Source: Heptranchias perlo
Lineage: Eukaryota
DNA length: 64,000 bases
NCBI RefSeq assembly: GCF_035084215.1
Contig: NW_027138407.1
Location: 1,550,001-1,614,000 of the forward strand
Direction of reading: 5' to 3'
Shown here: positions 40,115-52,669 of the stretch, piece after piece
Layout of the letters: each line of letters begins with the position of its first letter
Position numbering within the stretch: the first letter of the stretch is position 1
The notes under the pieces: generated by a model
Databases searched by the model: none
What the model saw: the letters and a program-made list of their open reading frames with translations, nothing else
What the model was told of the DNA's origin: nothing
Made by a program: the position numbers and the translations under genes

Positions 40115-40598
40115 GGTCTCAGTGCACAGTAATACACGGCGCTGTCTGTGATCTTCAAGCGTTTCACGGATAAGTGAAAAGTGCCCTCTTTCTGGTTGAG
40201 ATGCGCTCTGAAGTGTTGAAAGCCTGAAGCCGTGTCGTTATACCCATAACTGTCGGCTCTGAGCATATACTGAGGGACTCGGTGGGGATACTGGCGGTAC
40301 CAGAACAGGTAATAGTCTGTAGCTGAACCCGATACAGAGTAACTACAGGTTATTGCTGAATCTGCATCCTCTTCTGATTCGACTCCTTGTTCTGACTGGG
40401 ACACCGAGTCTCCGTTACTCATCTCTGCAAATAAACAGTGGAGACAAGGCGGGTTATACAGAGGGACAGACAGTGAATAATCCCCTGGAGAAGGAGATAG
40501 GAGTTTGCATGAGAATTGGAGAATATTGTCGGAAGTTTCCAATATCACCGACCTGTGATCAGGACAATAACCAGAGTCAGGCAAAGTTTCATCTCCAT
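40115..40598 (-). CDS. TCR alpha/delta V segment, family 2 (V2-1)
   Basis: Leader 40553-40598 MEMKLCLTLVIVLIT-G (donor AG|GTCGGT). V exon 40115-40424 after TTTGCAG (EMSNGDSVSQ...TC...FWYRQ...DSAVYYCALR). RSS 40076-40114 CACAGTG-23-ACAAAAACA. Confidence 0.93.
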
Positions 40599-40837
40599 GG
40601 TATCAGTCACACCTCCAGAAACAAGGGGCTGTGATCACTGCCTTCACCGGGTCTGGAATGGGAGAAACTAAAACTCAGCGGGGATGTCATCCGATGTTCT
40701 GGGATTTCTTCTCCCCGCCCATTTATGTTTCTCCGAACAGTCACTTCCTGTAGATGGGGATCATGATCTTTAATAAGTGATCAGAGAGCGCCCTCCTGTG
40801 AACAGCACAAGCCGCACTCAGAGCTTTGGAAATAAAC

Positions 40838-41965
40838 CCACACAAACACAGACACAGATAAACACACACACACACAGACACAGATAAACACACACAAACA
40901 CACAAATAACACAAACACAGATAAAGACACACAAACGCATAACACATACACAGATACACAAACTCAAACGCAGATAAACAAACACAAACACAGATAAACA
41001 AACACAAACACACGTAACACAAACACAGATAAACAAACACACAGACGCAGATAAACACAAACACATAACACAAACACAGATGCACAAACACAAACGCAGA
41101 TAAACAAACACAAACACAGATAAAGACACACAAAAACACACATAACACAAACACAGATAAACACACACAAACACAGAACACAAACACAGATAAACAAACA
41201 CAAACACACGTAACACAAACACAGATAAACAAACACACAAACACAGGTAAAGACACACAAACACATAACACAAACACAGATACACAAACACAAACGCAGA
41301 TAAACAAACACAAACACAGATAAACACAAACAAACACACATAACACAAACACAGATAAACAAACACACAGACACAGATAAACACAAACACATAACACAAA
41401 CACAGATAAACAAACATACAAACACAGATAAACACACACAAACACATATAACACAAACACAAATACACAAACACAAACACAGGTAAAGAAACACAAACAC
41501 AGATAAACAATCACAAACACAGATAAACAAACGCAATTACACATAACACACACAAATGCACATAACAGACATAAACACACATAACACACACAAACAAGGA
41601 TAAACACACAGACACGCAAACAGACAGATAAACACATACACACATACAAACTCAGGCAGATAAACACACACACAACCACATAGACAGATACGCAAACACA
41701 CACGCACACACAGCCACAAACACGGACAAACACACATTAACACAGATAAACACACACAAACACAGATAAACACACACCAACACACATAACACAAACACAG
41801 ATAAACAAACACACGGACACAGATAAACACAAACAGACACAGACAGATAAACACATATAGACACACACACACCAACATAAACGCATATACACACACAGTG
41901 ACACTCAGGGACACACACAGCTACACACTAACTGAGACACATACACACAAACTCAGACACACACA
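40838..41965. repeat. CA-rich compound VNTR (ACACAGATAAACAC-type units)
   Basis: Visible low-complexity array. Confidence 0.95.
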
Positions 41966-42414
41966 ATGGATTGTCATCATGTGGACGGTCCTGGTGTATA
42001 TTGAATTGTAACTTTCTTGAGATGCAAGGACACCGAATCTCTGCAAACGATCAAACACGAGTATTAATTACGTCTCTCAGAAACGCATCAAAAAACTTTC
42101 CAAACAGTCGGTCTAGTCATGAGGTTCAGCGACTCGCTGCACCCACTCGGTGCCTCTCTCAGCCCGGAGTCAGAGGTTGTCCATTTGAGTCCCATTTTCA
42201 GGACTCGGAGACCGCAGTGAGCCTGGTGGGAGACGAGGTGAACTCAATCCAGCAGATGCGCCCCCTGTAGACATTAGCCGAAGTGCATCGATACCATTTT
42301 CTACTGAGCAATGAGCGATGCGACCAACTTGCACAGTCCATCTCTGGGACTCCAGCTTACATTTCTCAATGAATGGGAAATGGCTGCCGCAACATGCAGT
42401 AGTAATGCTGCAAT

Positions 42415-42954
42415 CAACAACAATAGCAACAGCTTGCATTTATATAGCGCCTTTGATGTAGTAAAAAAGTCCCAAGGCGGTTCACAGGACCGTTATCGGC
42501 GAAAATTTGACACCGAGACACATAAGGAGATATTAGGACAGGTGAGCTGAAGTTTCGCCAAAGAGGTAGGTTTTAGGGAGCGTCTTAAAGAAGGAGAGAG
42601 AGGTAAAGAGTTGGAGAGGGTCAGGGAGGGAATTCCATAGCTTAGGACCGAGACGGCTGAAGGCACGGCCGCCAATGGTGGAGCGATTACAATCGGGGAA
42701 TGGGCAAGAGGCAAGAATTGGAGGAGCACAGAGATATGAGAGGGTTGTAGGGGCTGGGGGAGGTTCCAGAGATAGAGAGGAGGCGAGGCCATAGAGGGGT
42801 TTGAACATGAGGATAAGAATTTTATAATCGAAGTGTCCCCTGTCCGGGAGCCAATGTTGGTCAGCGATCACAGGGGGTGATGGGTGAACGGGACTTGATG
42901 CGAGTTAGGATACGGGGGCAGCAGAGTTTAGGATGAGATCAAGTTTAAGGAGGG
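42415..42954 (-). mobile_element. L2-clade LINE 3' fragment
   Basis: HWLP...DYKILILMFK...GGRAFSRLGPKLWNSLP...KTYLF, with tail ggcgctatataaatgcaag(tgt)n. Confidence 0.85.
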
Positions 42955-43143
42955 TGTCACATTTCCCAACACTGACAGCACTGACCTTAACTGGAGAAAA
43001 CCGCTCGGAACAGGGTGTATTTTCGCATTAATCTCCTGTAAAACACTCTGGGATTCAATCCCTGGTATTTTCCCAGATCCCACCCTTGACGCCGACCTGT
43101 GCCCTGTTTTTGTATGAGTCCCGAGGGACCCCTATTCACTGTG

Positions 43144-43627
43144 GGTCTCAGTGCACAGTAATACACGGCGCTGTCTGTGATCTTCAAGCGTTTCACGGAT
43201 AAGTGAAAAGTGCCCTCTTTCTGGTTGAGATTCGCTCTGAAGTGTTGAAAGCCTGAAGCCGTGTCGTTATACCCATAACTATCGGCCCTGAGTATATACT
43301 GAGGGACTCGGTGGGGATACTGGCGGTACCAGAACAGGCAATAGTTTGTAGCTGAATCCGATACAGAGTAACTACAGGTTATTGCTGAATCTGCATCCTC
43401 TTCTGATCCGACTCCTTGTTCTGACTGGGACACCGAGTCTCCGTTACTCATCTCTGCGAATAAACAGTGGAGACAAGGCGGGTTATACGGAGGGACAGAC
43501 AGTGAATAATCCCCTGGAGAAGGAGATAGGAGTTTGCATGAGAATTGGAGAATATTGTCGGAAGTTTCCAATATCACCGACCTGTGATCAGGACAATAAC
43601 CAGAGTCAGGCAAAGTTTCAACTCCAT
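43144..43627 (-). CDS. TCR alpha/delta V segment, family 2 (V2-2, extra Cys at end of CDR1)
   Basis: Leader 43582-43627. V exon 43144-43453. RSS 43105-43143 CACAGTG-23-ACAAAAACA. Confidence 0.92.
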
Positions 43628-43865
43628 GGTATCAGTCACACCTCCAGAAACAAGGGGCTGTGATCACTGCCTTCACCGGGTCTGAAATGGGAGAAACTAA
43701 AACTCAGCGGGGATGTCATCCGATGTGCTGGGATTTCTTCTCCCCGCCCATTTATGTTTCTCCGAACAGTCACTTCCTGTAGATGGGGATCATGATCTTT
43801 AATAAGTGATCAGAGAGCGCCCTCCTGTGAACAGCACAAGCCGCACTCAGAGCTTTGGAAATAAA

Positions 43866-44480
43866 CCCACACAAACACAGACACAGATAAACACACACAA
43901 ACACAAATAAACCCACACACACAGACACAGATAAACACACACAAACACAGACACAGATAAACACACACAAACACAGACACAGATAAACACACAGAAACAC
44001 AGATAAACACACACAAACACAGATAAACACACACAAACACAGACACAGATAAACACACAGAAACACAGATAAACACACACAAACACACAGACACAGATAA
44101 ACACACACACAGACACAGATAAACACACAGAAAAACACACACAGATAAACACACACAAACACAGACACAGAGAAACACACACAAAAACACACAAAACACA
44201 AACACAGATAAACAAACAGAAACACAGATAAACACACAGAAACACAGATAAACACACACCAACACACACAACACAAACACAGATAAACACACACCAACAC
44301 ACACAACACAAACACAGATAAACAAACACGCGGACACAGATAAATACAAACAGACACAGACAGGTAAACATATATAGACACACACACCCCAACATAAACG
44401 CATACACACACAGTGACACTCGGGGACACACACAGCTACACACTAACTGAGACACATACACACAAACTCAGACACACACA
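43866..44480. repeat. CA-rich compound VNTR
   Basis: Visible low-complexity array. Confidence 0.95.
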
Positions 44481-44929
44481 ATGGATTGTCATCATGTGGA
44501 CGGTCCTGGTGTATATTGAATTGTAACTTTCTTGAGATGCAAGGACACTGAATCTCTGCAAAGGATCAAACACGAGTATTAATTACGTCTCTCAGAAACG
44601 CATCAAAAAACTTTCCAAACAGTCGGTCTAGTCATGAGGTTCAGCGACTCGCTGCACCCACTCGGTGCCTCTCTCAGCCCGGAGTCAGAGGTTGTCCATT
44701 TGAGTCCCATTTTCAGGACTCGGAGACCGCAGTGAGCCTGGTGGGAGACGAGGTGAACTCAATCCAGCAGATGCGCCCCCTGTAGACATTAGCCGAAGTG
44801 CATCGATACCATTTTCTACTGAGCAATGAGCGATGCGACCAACTTGCACAGTCCATCTCTGGGACTCCAGCTTACATTTCTGAATGAATGGGGAATGGCT
44901 GCCGCAACATGCAGTAGTAATGCTGCAAT

Positions 44930-45468
44930 CAACAACAATAGCAACAGCTTGCATTTATATAGCGCCTTTAATGTAGTAAAATGTCCCAAGGCGGTTCACA
45001 GGAGCGTCATCGGCGAAAATTCGACACCGAGACACATAAGGAGATATTAGGACAGGTGAGTTGAAGTTTCGCCAAAGAGGTAGGTTTTAGGGAGCGTCTT
45101 AAAGAAGGAGAGAGAGGTCGAGAGTTGGAGAGGTTTAGGGAGGGAATTCCAGAGCTTAGGACCGAGACGGCTGAAGGCACGGCCGCCAATGGTGGAGCGA
45201 TTACAATCGGGGAATGGGCAAGAGGCAAGACTTGGAGGAGCACAGAGATCTGAGAGGGTTGTAGGGGCTGGGGGAGGTTCCAGAGATAGAGAGGAGGCGA
45301 GGCCATAGAGGGGTTTGAACATGAGGATAAGAATTTTATAATCGAAGTGTCCCCTGTCCGGGAGCCAATGTTGGTCAGCGATCACAGGGGGTGATGGGTG
45401 AACGGGACTTGATGCGAGTTAGGATACGGGGGCAGCAGAGTTTAGGATGAGATCAAGTTTAAGGAGGG
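44930..45468 (-). mobile_element. L2-clade LINE 3' fragment
   Basis: Duplicate of 42415-42954. Confidence 0.85.
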
Positions 45469-45657
45469 TGTCACATTTCCCAACACTGACAGCACTGACC
45501 TTAACTGGAGAAAACCGCTCGGAACAGGGTGTATTTTCGCATTAATCTCCTGTAAAATACTCTGGGATTCAATCCCTGGTATTTTCCCGGATCCCACCCT
45601 TGACGCCGACCCGTGCCCTGTTTTTGTGTGAGTCCCGAGGGACCCTTATTCACTGTG

Positions 45658-46141
45658 GGTCTCAGTGCACAGTAATACACGGCGCTGTCTGTGATCTTCA
45701 AGCGTTTCACGGATAAGTGAAAAGTGCCCTCTTTCTGGTTGAGATTCGCTCTGAAGTGTTGAAAGCCTGAAGCCGTGTCGTTATACCCATAACTATCGGC
45801 TCTGAGCATGTACTGAGGGGCTCGGTGGGGATACTGGCGGTACCAGAACAGGTAATAGCTTGTAGCTGAATCCGATACAGAGTAACTACAGGTTATTGCT
45901 GAATCTGCATCCTCTTCTGATCCGACTCCTTGTTCTGACTGGGACACCGAGTCTCCGTTACTCATCTCTGCAAATAAACAGTGGAGACAAGGCGGGTTAT
46001 ACAGAGGGACAGACAGTGAATAATCCCCTGGAGAAGGAGATAGGAGTTTGCATGAGAATTGGAGAATATTGTCGGAAGTTTCCAATATCACCGACCTGTG
46101 ATCAGGACAATAACCAGAGTCAGGCAAAGTTTCATCTCCAT
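45658..46141 (-). CDS. TCR alpha/delta V segment, family 2 (V2-3)
   Basis: Leader 46096-46141. V exon 45658-45967. RSS 45619-45657 CACAGTG-23-ACAAAAACA. Confidence 0.93.
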
Positions 46142-46380
46142 GGTATCAGTCACACCTCCAGAAACAAGGGGCTGTGATCACTGCCTTCACCGGGTCTGGA
46201 ATGGGAGAAACTAAAACTCAGCGGGGATGTCATCCGATGTTCTGGGATTTCTTCTCCCCGCCCATTTATGTTTCTCCGAACAGTCACTTCATGTAGATGG
46301 GGATCATGATGTTTAATAAGTGATCAGAGAGCGCCCTCCTGTGAACAGCACAAGCCGCACTCAGAGCTTTGGAAATAAAC

Positions 46381-48296
46381 CCACACAAACACAGACACAG
46401 ATAAACACACACAAACACACAGATAAACACACACAAACACAGACACAGATAAACACACACACACACAGACACAGATAAACACACACACACAGACACAGAT
46501 AAACACACACACACACAGACACAGATAAACACACACACACAGACACAGATAAACACACACAAACACACACACAGATAAACACACACACACAGATAAACAC
46601 ACACAAACACACACACAGATAAACACACACACACACAGACACAGATAAACACACACAAACACAGACACAGATAAACACACACAAACACAGATAAACACAC
46701 ACAAACACAGACACAGATAAACACACACAAACACAGACACAGATAAACACACACAAACACAGACACAGATAAACACACAGAAGCACAGATAAACACACAG
46801 AAACACAGACACAGATAAACACACAGAAGCACAGATAAACACACACAAAAACACAGACACAGATAAACACACACAAACACAGATAAACACACACAAACAC
46901 AGACACAGATAAACACACACAAACACAGACACAGATAAACACACACAAACACAGACACAGATAAACACACAGAAGCACAGATAAACACACAGAAACACAG
47001 ACACAGATAAACACACAGAAGCACAGATAAACACACACAAAAACACAGACACAGATAAAAACACACAAACACAGAAAAACACACACAAACACACATAACA
47101 AAAACGCAGATAAACACACACAAACACAGATAAAGACACACAAAAACACACATAACACAAACACAGATAAACACACACAAACACAGATAAAGACACACAA
47201 ACGCATAACACATACACAGATACACAAACACAAACGCAGATAAACAAACACAAACGCAGATAAACACACACAAAAACACACGTAACACAAACACAGATAA
47301 ACACACACAAACAAAGATAAACACACACATAAACACACATAACACAAACACAGATAAACACACACAAACACAAATAAACCCCACGCAAACACAGACACAG
47401 ATAAAAACACACACAAAAACACACATAACACAAACACAGATAAACACACACAAACGCAGATAAAGACACACAAACACGTAACACAAACACAGATAAACAA
47501 ACACAAACACAGATAAACACACACAAAAACACACATAACACAAACACAGATAAACACACACAAACACAGATAAAGACACACAAACACGTAACACAAACAC
47601 AGATAAACAAACACAAACACACGTAACACAAACACAGATAAACACACACAAACGCATAACACATACGCAGATACACAAACACAAACACAGATAAACACAC
47701 ACAAAACACACATAACACAAACACAGATAAACAAACACAAACACAGATAAACACACACAAACACATATAACACAAACACAGATACACAAACACAGGTAAA
47801 CAAACACAAACACAGATAAACAATCACAAACACAGATAAACAAACGCAATTGCACATAACACACACAAATGCACATAACACACATAAACACACATAATAC
47901 GCACAAACACAGACAAACACACAGACACGCAAACAGACAGATAAACACATACACACATACAAACTCAGGCAGGTAAACACACACACAACCACATAGACAG
48001 ATACACAAACACAGATGCACACAGCCACAAACACGGACAAACACACATTAACACAGATAAACAACACACAAACACAGATAAACACACACAAACACAGATA
48101 AACACACACCAACACACATAACACAAACACAGATAAACAAACACACGGACACAGATAAACACAAACAGACACAGACAGATAAACATAAATAGACACACAC
48201 ACCCCAACATAAACGCATACACACACAGTGACACTCAGGGACACACACAGCTACACACTAACTGAGACACATACACACAAACTCAGACACACACAA
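46381..48296. repeat. CA-rich compound VNTR
   Basis: Visible low-complexity array. Confidence 0.95.
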
Positions 48297-48744
48297 TGGA
48301 TTGTCATCATGTGGAGGGTCCTGGTGTATATTGAATTGTAACTTTCTTGAGATGCTGGAATACCGAATCTCTGCAAAGGATCAAACACGAGTATTAATTA
48401 CGTCTCTCAGAAACGCATCAAAAAACTTTCCAAACAGTCGGTCTAGTCATGAGGTTCAGCGACTCGCTGCACCCACTCGGTGCCTCTCTCAGCCCGGAGT
48501 CAGAGGTTGTCCATTTGAGTCCCATTTTCAGGACTCGGAGACCGCAGTGAGCCTGGTGGGAGACGAGGTGAACTCAATCCAGCAGATGCGCCCCCTGTAG
48601 ACATTAGCCGAAGTGCATCGATACCATTTTCTACTGAGCAATGAGCGATGCGACCAACTTGCACAGTCCATCTCTGGGACTCCAGCTTACATTTCTGAAT
48701 GAATGGGGAATGGCTGCCGCAACATGCAGTAGTAATGCTGCAAT

Positions 48745-49283
48745 CAACAACAATAGCAACAGCTTGCATTTATATAGCGCCTTTGATGTAGTAAAATGTC
48801 CCAAGGCGGTTCACAGGAGCGTCATCGGCGAAAATTTGACACCGAGACACATAAGGAGATATTAGGACAGGTGAGCTGAAGTTTCGCCAAAGAGGTAGGT
48901 TTTAGGGAGTGTCTTAAAGAAGGAGAGAGAGGTAGAGAGTTGGAGAGGTTTAGGGAGGGAATTCCAGAGCTTAGGACCGAGACGGCTGAAGGCACGGCCG
49001 CCAATGGTGGAGCGATTACAATCGGGGAATGGGCAAGAGGCAAGAATTGGAGGAGCACAGAGATCTGAGAGGGTTGTAGGGGCTGGGGGAGGTTCCAGAG
49101 ATAGAGAGGAGGCGAGGCCATAGAGGGGTTTGAACATGAGGATAAGAATTTTATAATCGAAGTGTCCCCTGTCCGGGAGCCAATGTAGGTCAGCGATCAC
49201 AGGGGGTGATGGGTGAACGGGACTTGGTGCGAGTTAGGATACGGGGGCAGCAGAGTTTAGGATGAGCTCAAGTTTAAGGAGGG
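48745..49283 (-). mobile_element. L2-clade LINE 3' fragment
   Basis: Duplicate of 42415-42954. Confidence 0.85.
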
Positions 49284-49472
49284 TGTCACATTTCCCAACA
49301 CTGACAGCACTGACCTTAACTGGAGAAAACCGCTCGGAACAGGGTGTATTTTCGCATTAATCTCCTGTAAAATACTCTGGGATTCAATCCCTGGTATTTT
49401 CCCGGATCCCACCCTTGACGCCGACCCGTGCCCTGTTTTTGTATGAGTCCCGAGGGACCCTTATTCACTGTG

Positions 49473-49956
49473 GGTCTCAGTGCACAGTAATACACGGCGC
49501 TGTCTGTGATCTTCAAGCGTTTCACGAATAAGTGAAAAGTGCCCTCTTTCTGGTTGAGATTCGCTCTGAAGTGTTGAAAGCCTGAAGCCGTGTCGTTATA
49601 CCCATAACTATCGGCCCTGAGTATATACTGAGGGACTCGGTGGGGATACTGGCGGTACCAGAACAGGTAATAGCTTGTAGCTGAATCCGATACAGAGTAA
49701 CTGCAGGTTATTACTGAATCTGCATCCTCTTCTGATCCGACTCCTTGTTCTGACTGGGACACCGAGTCTCCGTTACTCATCTCTGCAAATAAACAGTGGA
49801 GACAAGGCGGGTTATACAGAGGGACAGACAGTGAATAATCCCCTGGAGAAGGAGATAGGAGTTTGCATGAGAATTGGAGAATATTGTAGGAAGTTTCCAA
49901 TATCACCGACCTGTGATCAGGACAATAACCAGAGTCAGGCAAAGTTTCATCTCCAT
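49473..49956 (-). CDS. TCR alpha/delta V segment, family 2 (V2-4), most 5' V in the window
   Basis: Leader 49911-49956. V exon 49473-49782. RSS 49434-49472 CACAGTG-23-ACAAAAACA. Confidence 0.93.
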
Positions 49957-50194
49957 GGTATCAGTCACACCTCCAGAAACAAGGGGCTGTGATCACTGCC
50001 ATCACCGGGTCTGGAATGGGAGAAACTAAAACTCAGCGGGGATGTCATCCGATGTGCTGGGATTTCTTCTCCCCGCCCATTTATGTTTCTCCGAACAGTC
50101 ACTTCCTGTAGATGGGGATCATGATCTTTAATAAGTGATCAGAGAGCGCCCTCCTGTGAACAGCACAAGCCGCACTCAGAGCTTTGGAAATAAA

Positions 50195-51433
50195 CCCACA
50201 CAAACACAGACACAGATAAACACACACAAACACACACACAGATAAACACACACAAACACAGACACAGATAAACACACACAAACACAAAAAAACACACACA
50301 AACACAGACACAGATAAACACACAGAAACACAGATAAACACACACAAACACAGACACAGATAAACACACAGAAACACAGATAAACACACACAAACACACA
50401 GACACAGATAAACACACAGAAACACACACACAGATAAACACACAGAAACACAGATAAACACACACAAAAACACACACACAGATAAACACACACAACCACA
50501 AAAAAACCCACACAAACACACATAAAACAAATACAGATAAACACACACAAACACAGATAAAGACACACAAACGCATAACACATACACAGATACACAAACT
50601 CAAACGCAGATAAACAAACACAAACACAGATAAACACACACAAAAACACGCATAACACAAACACAGATAAACACACACAAACACAGATAAAGAAACACAA
50701 ACACGTAATACAAACACAGATAAACAAACACAAACACACATAACACAAACACAGATAAAGACACACAAACGCATAACACATACACAGATACACAAACACA
50801 AACGCAGATAAACAAACACAAACACAGATAAACACACACAAAACACACAGAACACAAACACAGATAAACAAACACAAACACAGATAAACACACACAAACA
50901 CATATAACACAAACACAGATACACAAACACAGGTAAACAAACACAAACACAGATAAACAATCACAAACACAGATAAACAAACGCAATTGCACATAACACA
51001 CACAAATGCACATAACACACATAAACACACATAATACGCACAAACACAGACAAACACACAGACACGCAAACAGACAGATAAACACATACACACATACAAA
51101 CTCAGGCAGGTAAACACACACACAACCACATAGACAGATACACAAACACAGACGCACACAGCCACAAACACGGACAAACACACATTAACACAGATAAACA
51201 ACACACAAACACAGATAAACACACACAAACACAGATAAACACACACCAACACACATAACACAAACACAGATAAACAAACACACGGACACAGATAAACACA
51301 AACAGACACAGACAGATAAACATATATAGACACACACACACCAACATAAACGCATATACACACACAGTGACACTCAGGGACACACACAGCTACACACTAA
51401 CTGAGACACATACACACAAACTCAGACACACAC
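50195..51433. repeat. CA-rich compound VNTR
   Basis: Visible low-complexity array. Confidence 0.95.
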
Positions 51434-51883
51434 AATGGATTGTCATCATGTGGACGGTCCTGGTGTATATTGAATTGTAACTTTCTTGAGATGCAAGGAC
51501 ACTGAATCTCTGCAAAGGATCAAACACGAGTATTAATTACGTCTCTCAGAAACGCATCAAAAAACTTTCCAAACAGTCGGTCTAGTCATGAGGTTCAGCG
51601 ACTCGCTGCACCCACTCGGTGCCTCTCTCAGCCCGGAGTCAGAGGTTGTCCATTTGAGTCCCATTTTCAGGACTCGGAGACCGCAGTGAGCCTGGTGGGA
51701 GACGAGGTGAACTCAATCCAGCAGATGCGCCCCCTGTGGACATGAGCCGAAGTGCATCGATACCATTTTCTACTGAGCAATGAGCGATGCGACCAACTTG
51801 CACAGCCCATCTCTGGGACTCCAGCTTACATTTCTGAATGAATGCGGAATGGCTGCCGCAACATGCAGTAGTAATGCTGCAAT

Positions 51884-52470
51884 CAACAACAATAGCAACC
51901 GCTTGCATTTATATAGCGCCTTTGATGTAGTAAAAAGTCCCAAGGCGGTTCACAGGAGCGTTATCGGCGAAAATTTGACACCGAGACACATAAGGAGATA
52001 TTAGGACAGGTGAGCTGAAGTTTCGCCAAAGAGGTAGGTTTTAGGGAGCGTCTTAAAGAAGGAGAGAGAGGTAGAGAGTTGGAGAGGTTTAGGGAGGGAA
52101 TTCCATAGCTTAGGACCGAGACGGCTGAAGGCACGGCCGCCAATGGTGGAGCGATTACAATCGGGGAATGGGCAAGAGGCAAGAATTGGAGGAGCACAGA
52201 GATCTGAGAGGGATGTAGGGGCTGGGGGAGGTTCCAGAGATAGAGAGGAGGCGAGGCCATAGAGGGGTTTGAAAATGAGGATAAGAATTTTATAATCGAA
52301 GTGTTCCCTGTCCGGCAGCCGATGTAGGTCAGCGATCACAGGGGGTGATGGGTGAACGGGACTTGATGCGAGTTAGGATACGGGGGCAGCAGAGTTTTGG
52401 ATGAGCTCAAGTTTAAGGAGGGTGGAGGAAGATGGGAGGCCAGACAGGAGAGCATTGGAATAGTTGAGTT
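51884..52470 (-). mobile_element. L2-clade LINE 3' fragment (original copy, extends past the duplication junction)
   Basis: Continues ...ggagggtggaggaagatgggaggccagacaggagagcattggaatag instead of joining the unit start. Confidence 0.85.
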
Positions 52471-52669
52471 GAGTAGTGTGCCAAATTTTGGTCCCTGGAC
52501 ATGGTGTCTTATATAGTGGTAGATAGGCAGGTAATTAGCTGGAGAGGATTGTTAGCTGGATAGTTGGGATGGTGTGTGGGTGGGTAGGTGGGTAAGTGGC
52601 TTGGACCGTATGTAGTTAGCTTGGTAGGTAGTTAGGTTGGTAGGTTGGTAGAGCGATGAGACTCACGTA

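Larger units (their letters stand above)
39926..52424. repeat. Four tandem family-2 units (about 3.0, 2.5, 3.8 and 3.1 kb)
   Basis: The identical junction aggagggTG|tcacatttccc occurs at about 42955, 45469 and 49284. Length differences come from the CA-rich VNTR. Confidence 0.92.

Noticed and set aside
39977-40466. Germline RAG-mediated excision as the cause of V2 loss in family-1 units
   Set aside because: The breakpoints are about 100 bp beyond the nonamer and inside the intron, not at a heptamer border.
39958-40584. 208-aa single-exon reading of V2 genes
   Set aside because: It reads through the intron and RSS from a non-ATG start. The spliced leader plus V model fits the splice signals and gives a signal peptide.
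40115-49956. NAR-TCR cassette, or IgH/IgNAR-like V genes
   Set aside because: All V genes have their own leaders, no D or J segments or 12-RSS were seen between them, there is no octamer promoter, and the sequences are TCR alpha/delta-like.
40741-51387. Long Cys/Val-rich ORFs (up to 627 aa)
   Set aside because: Artefacts of TG-rich VNTRs, open in several frames at once.
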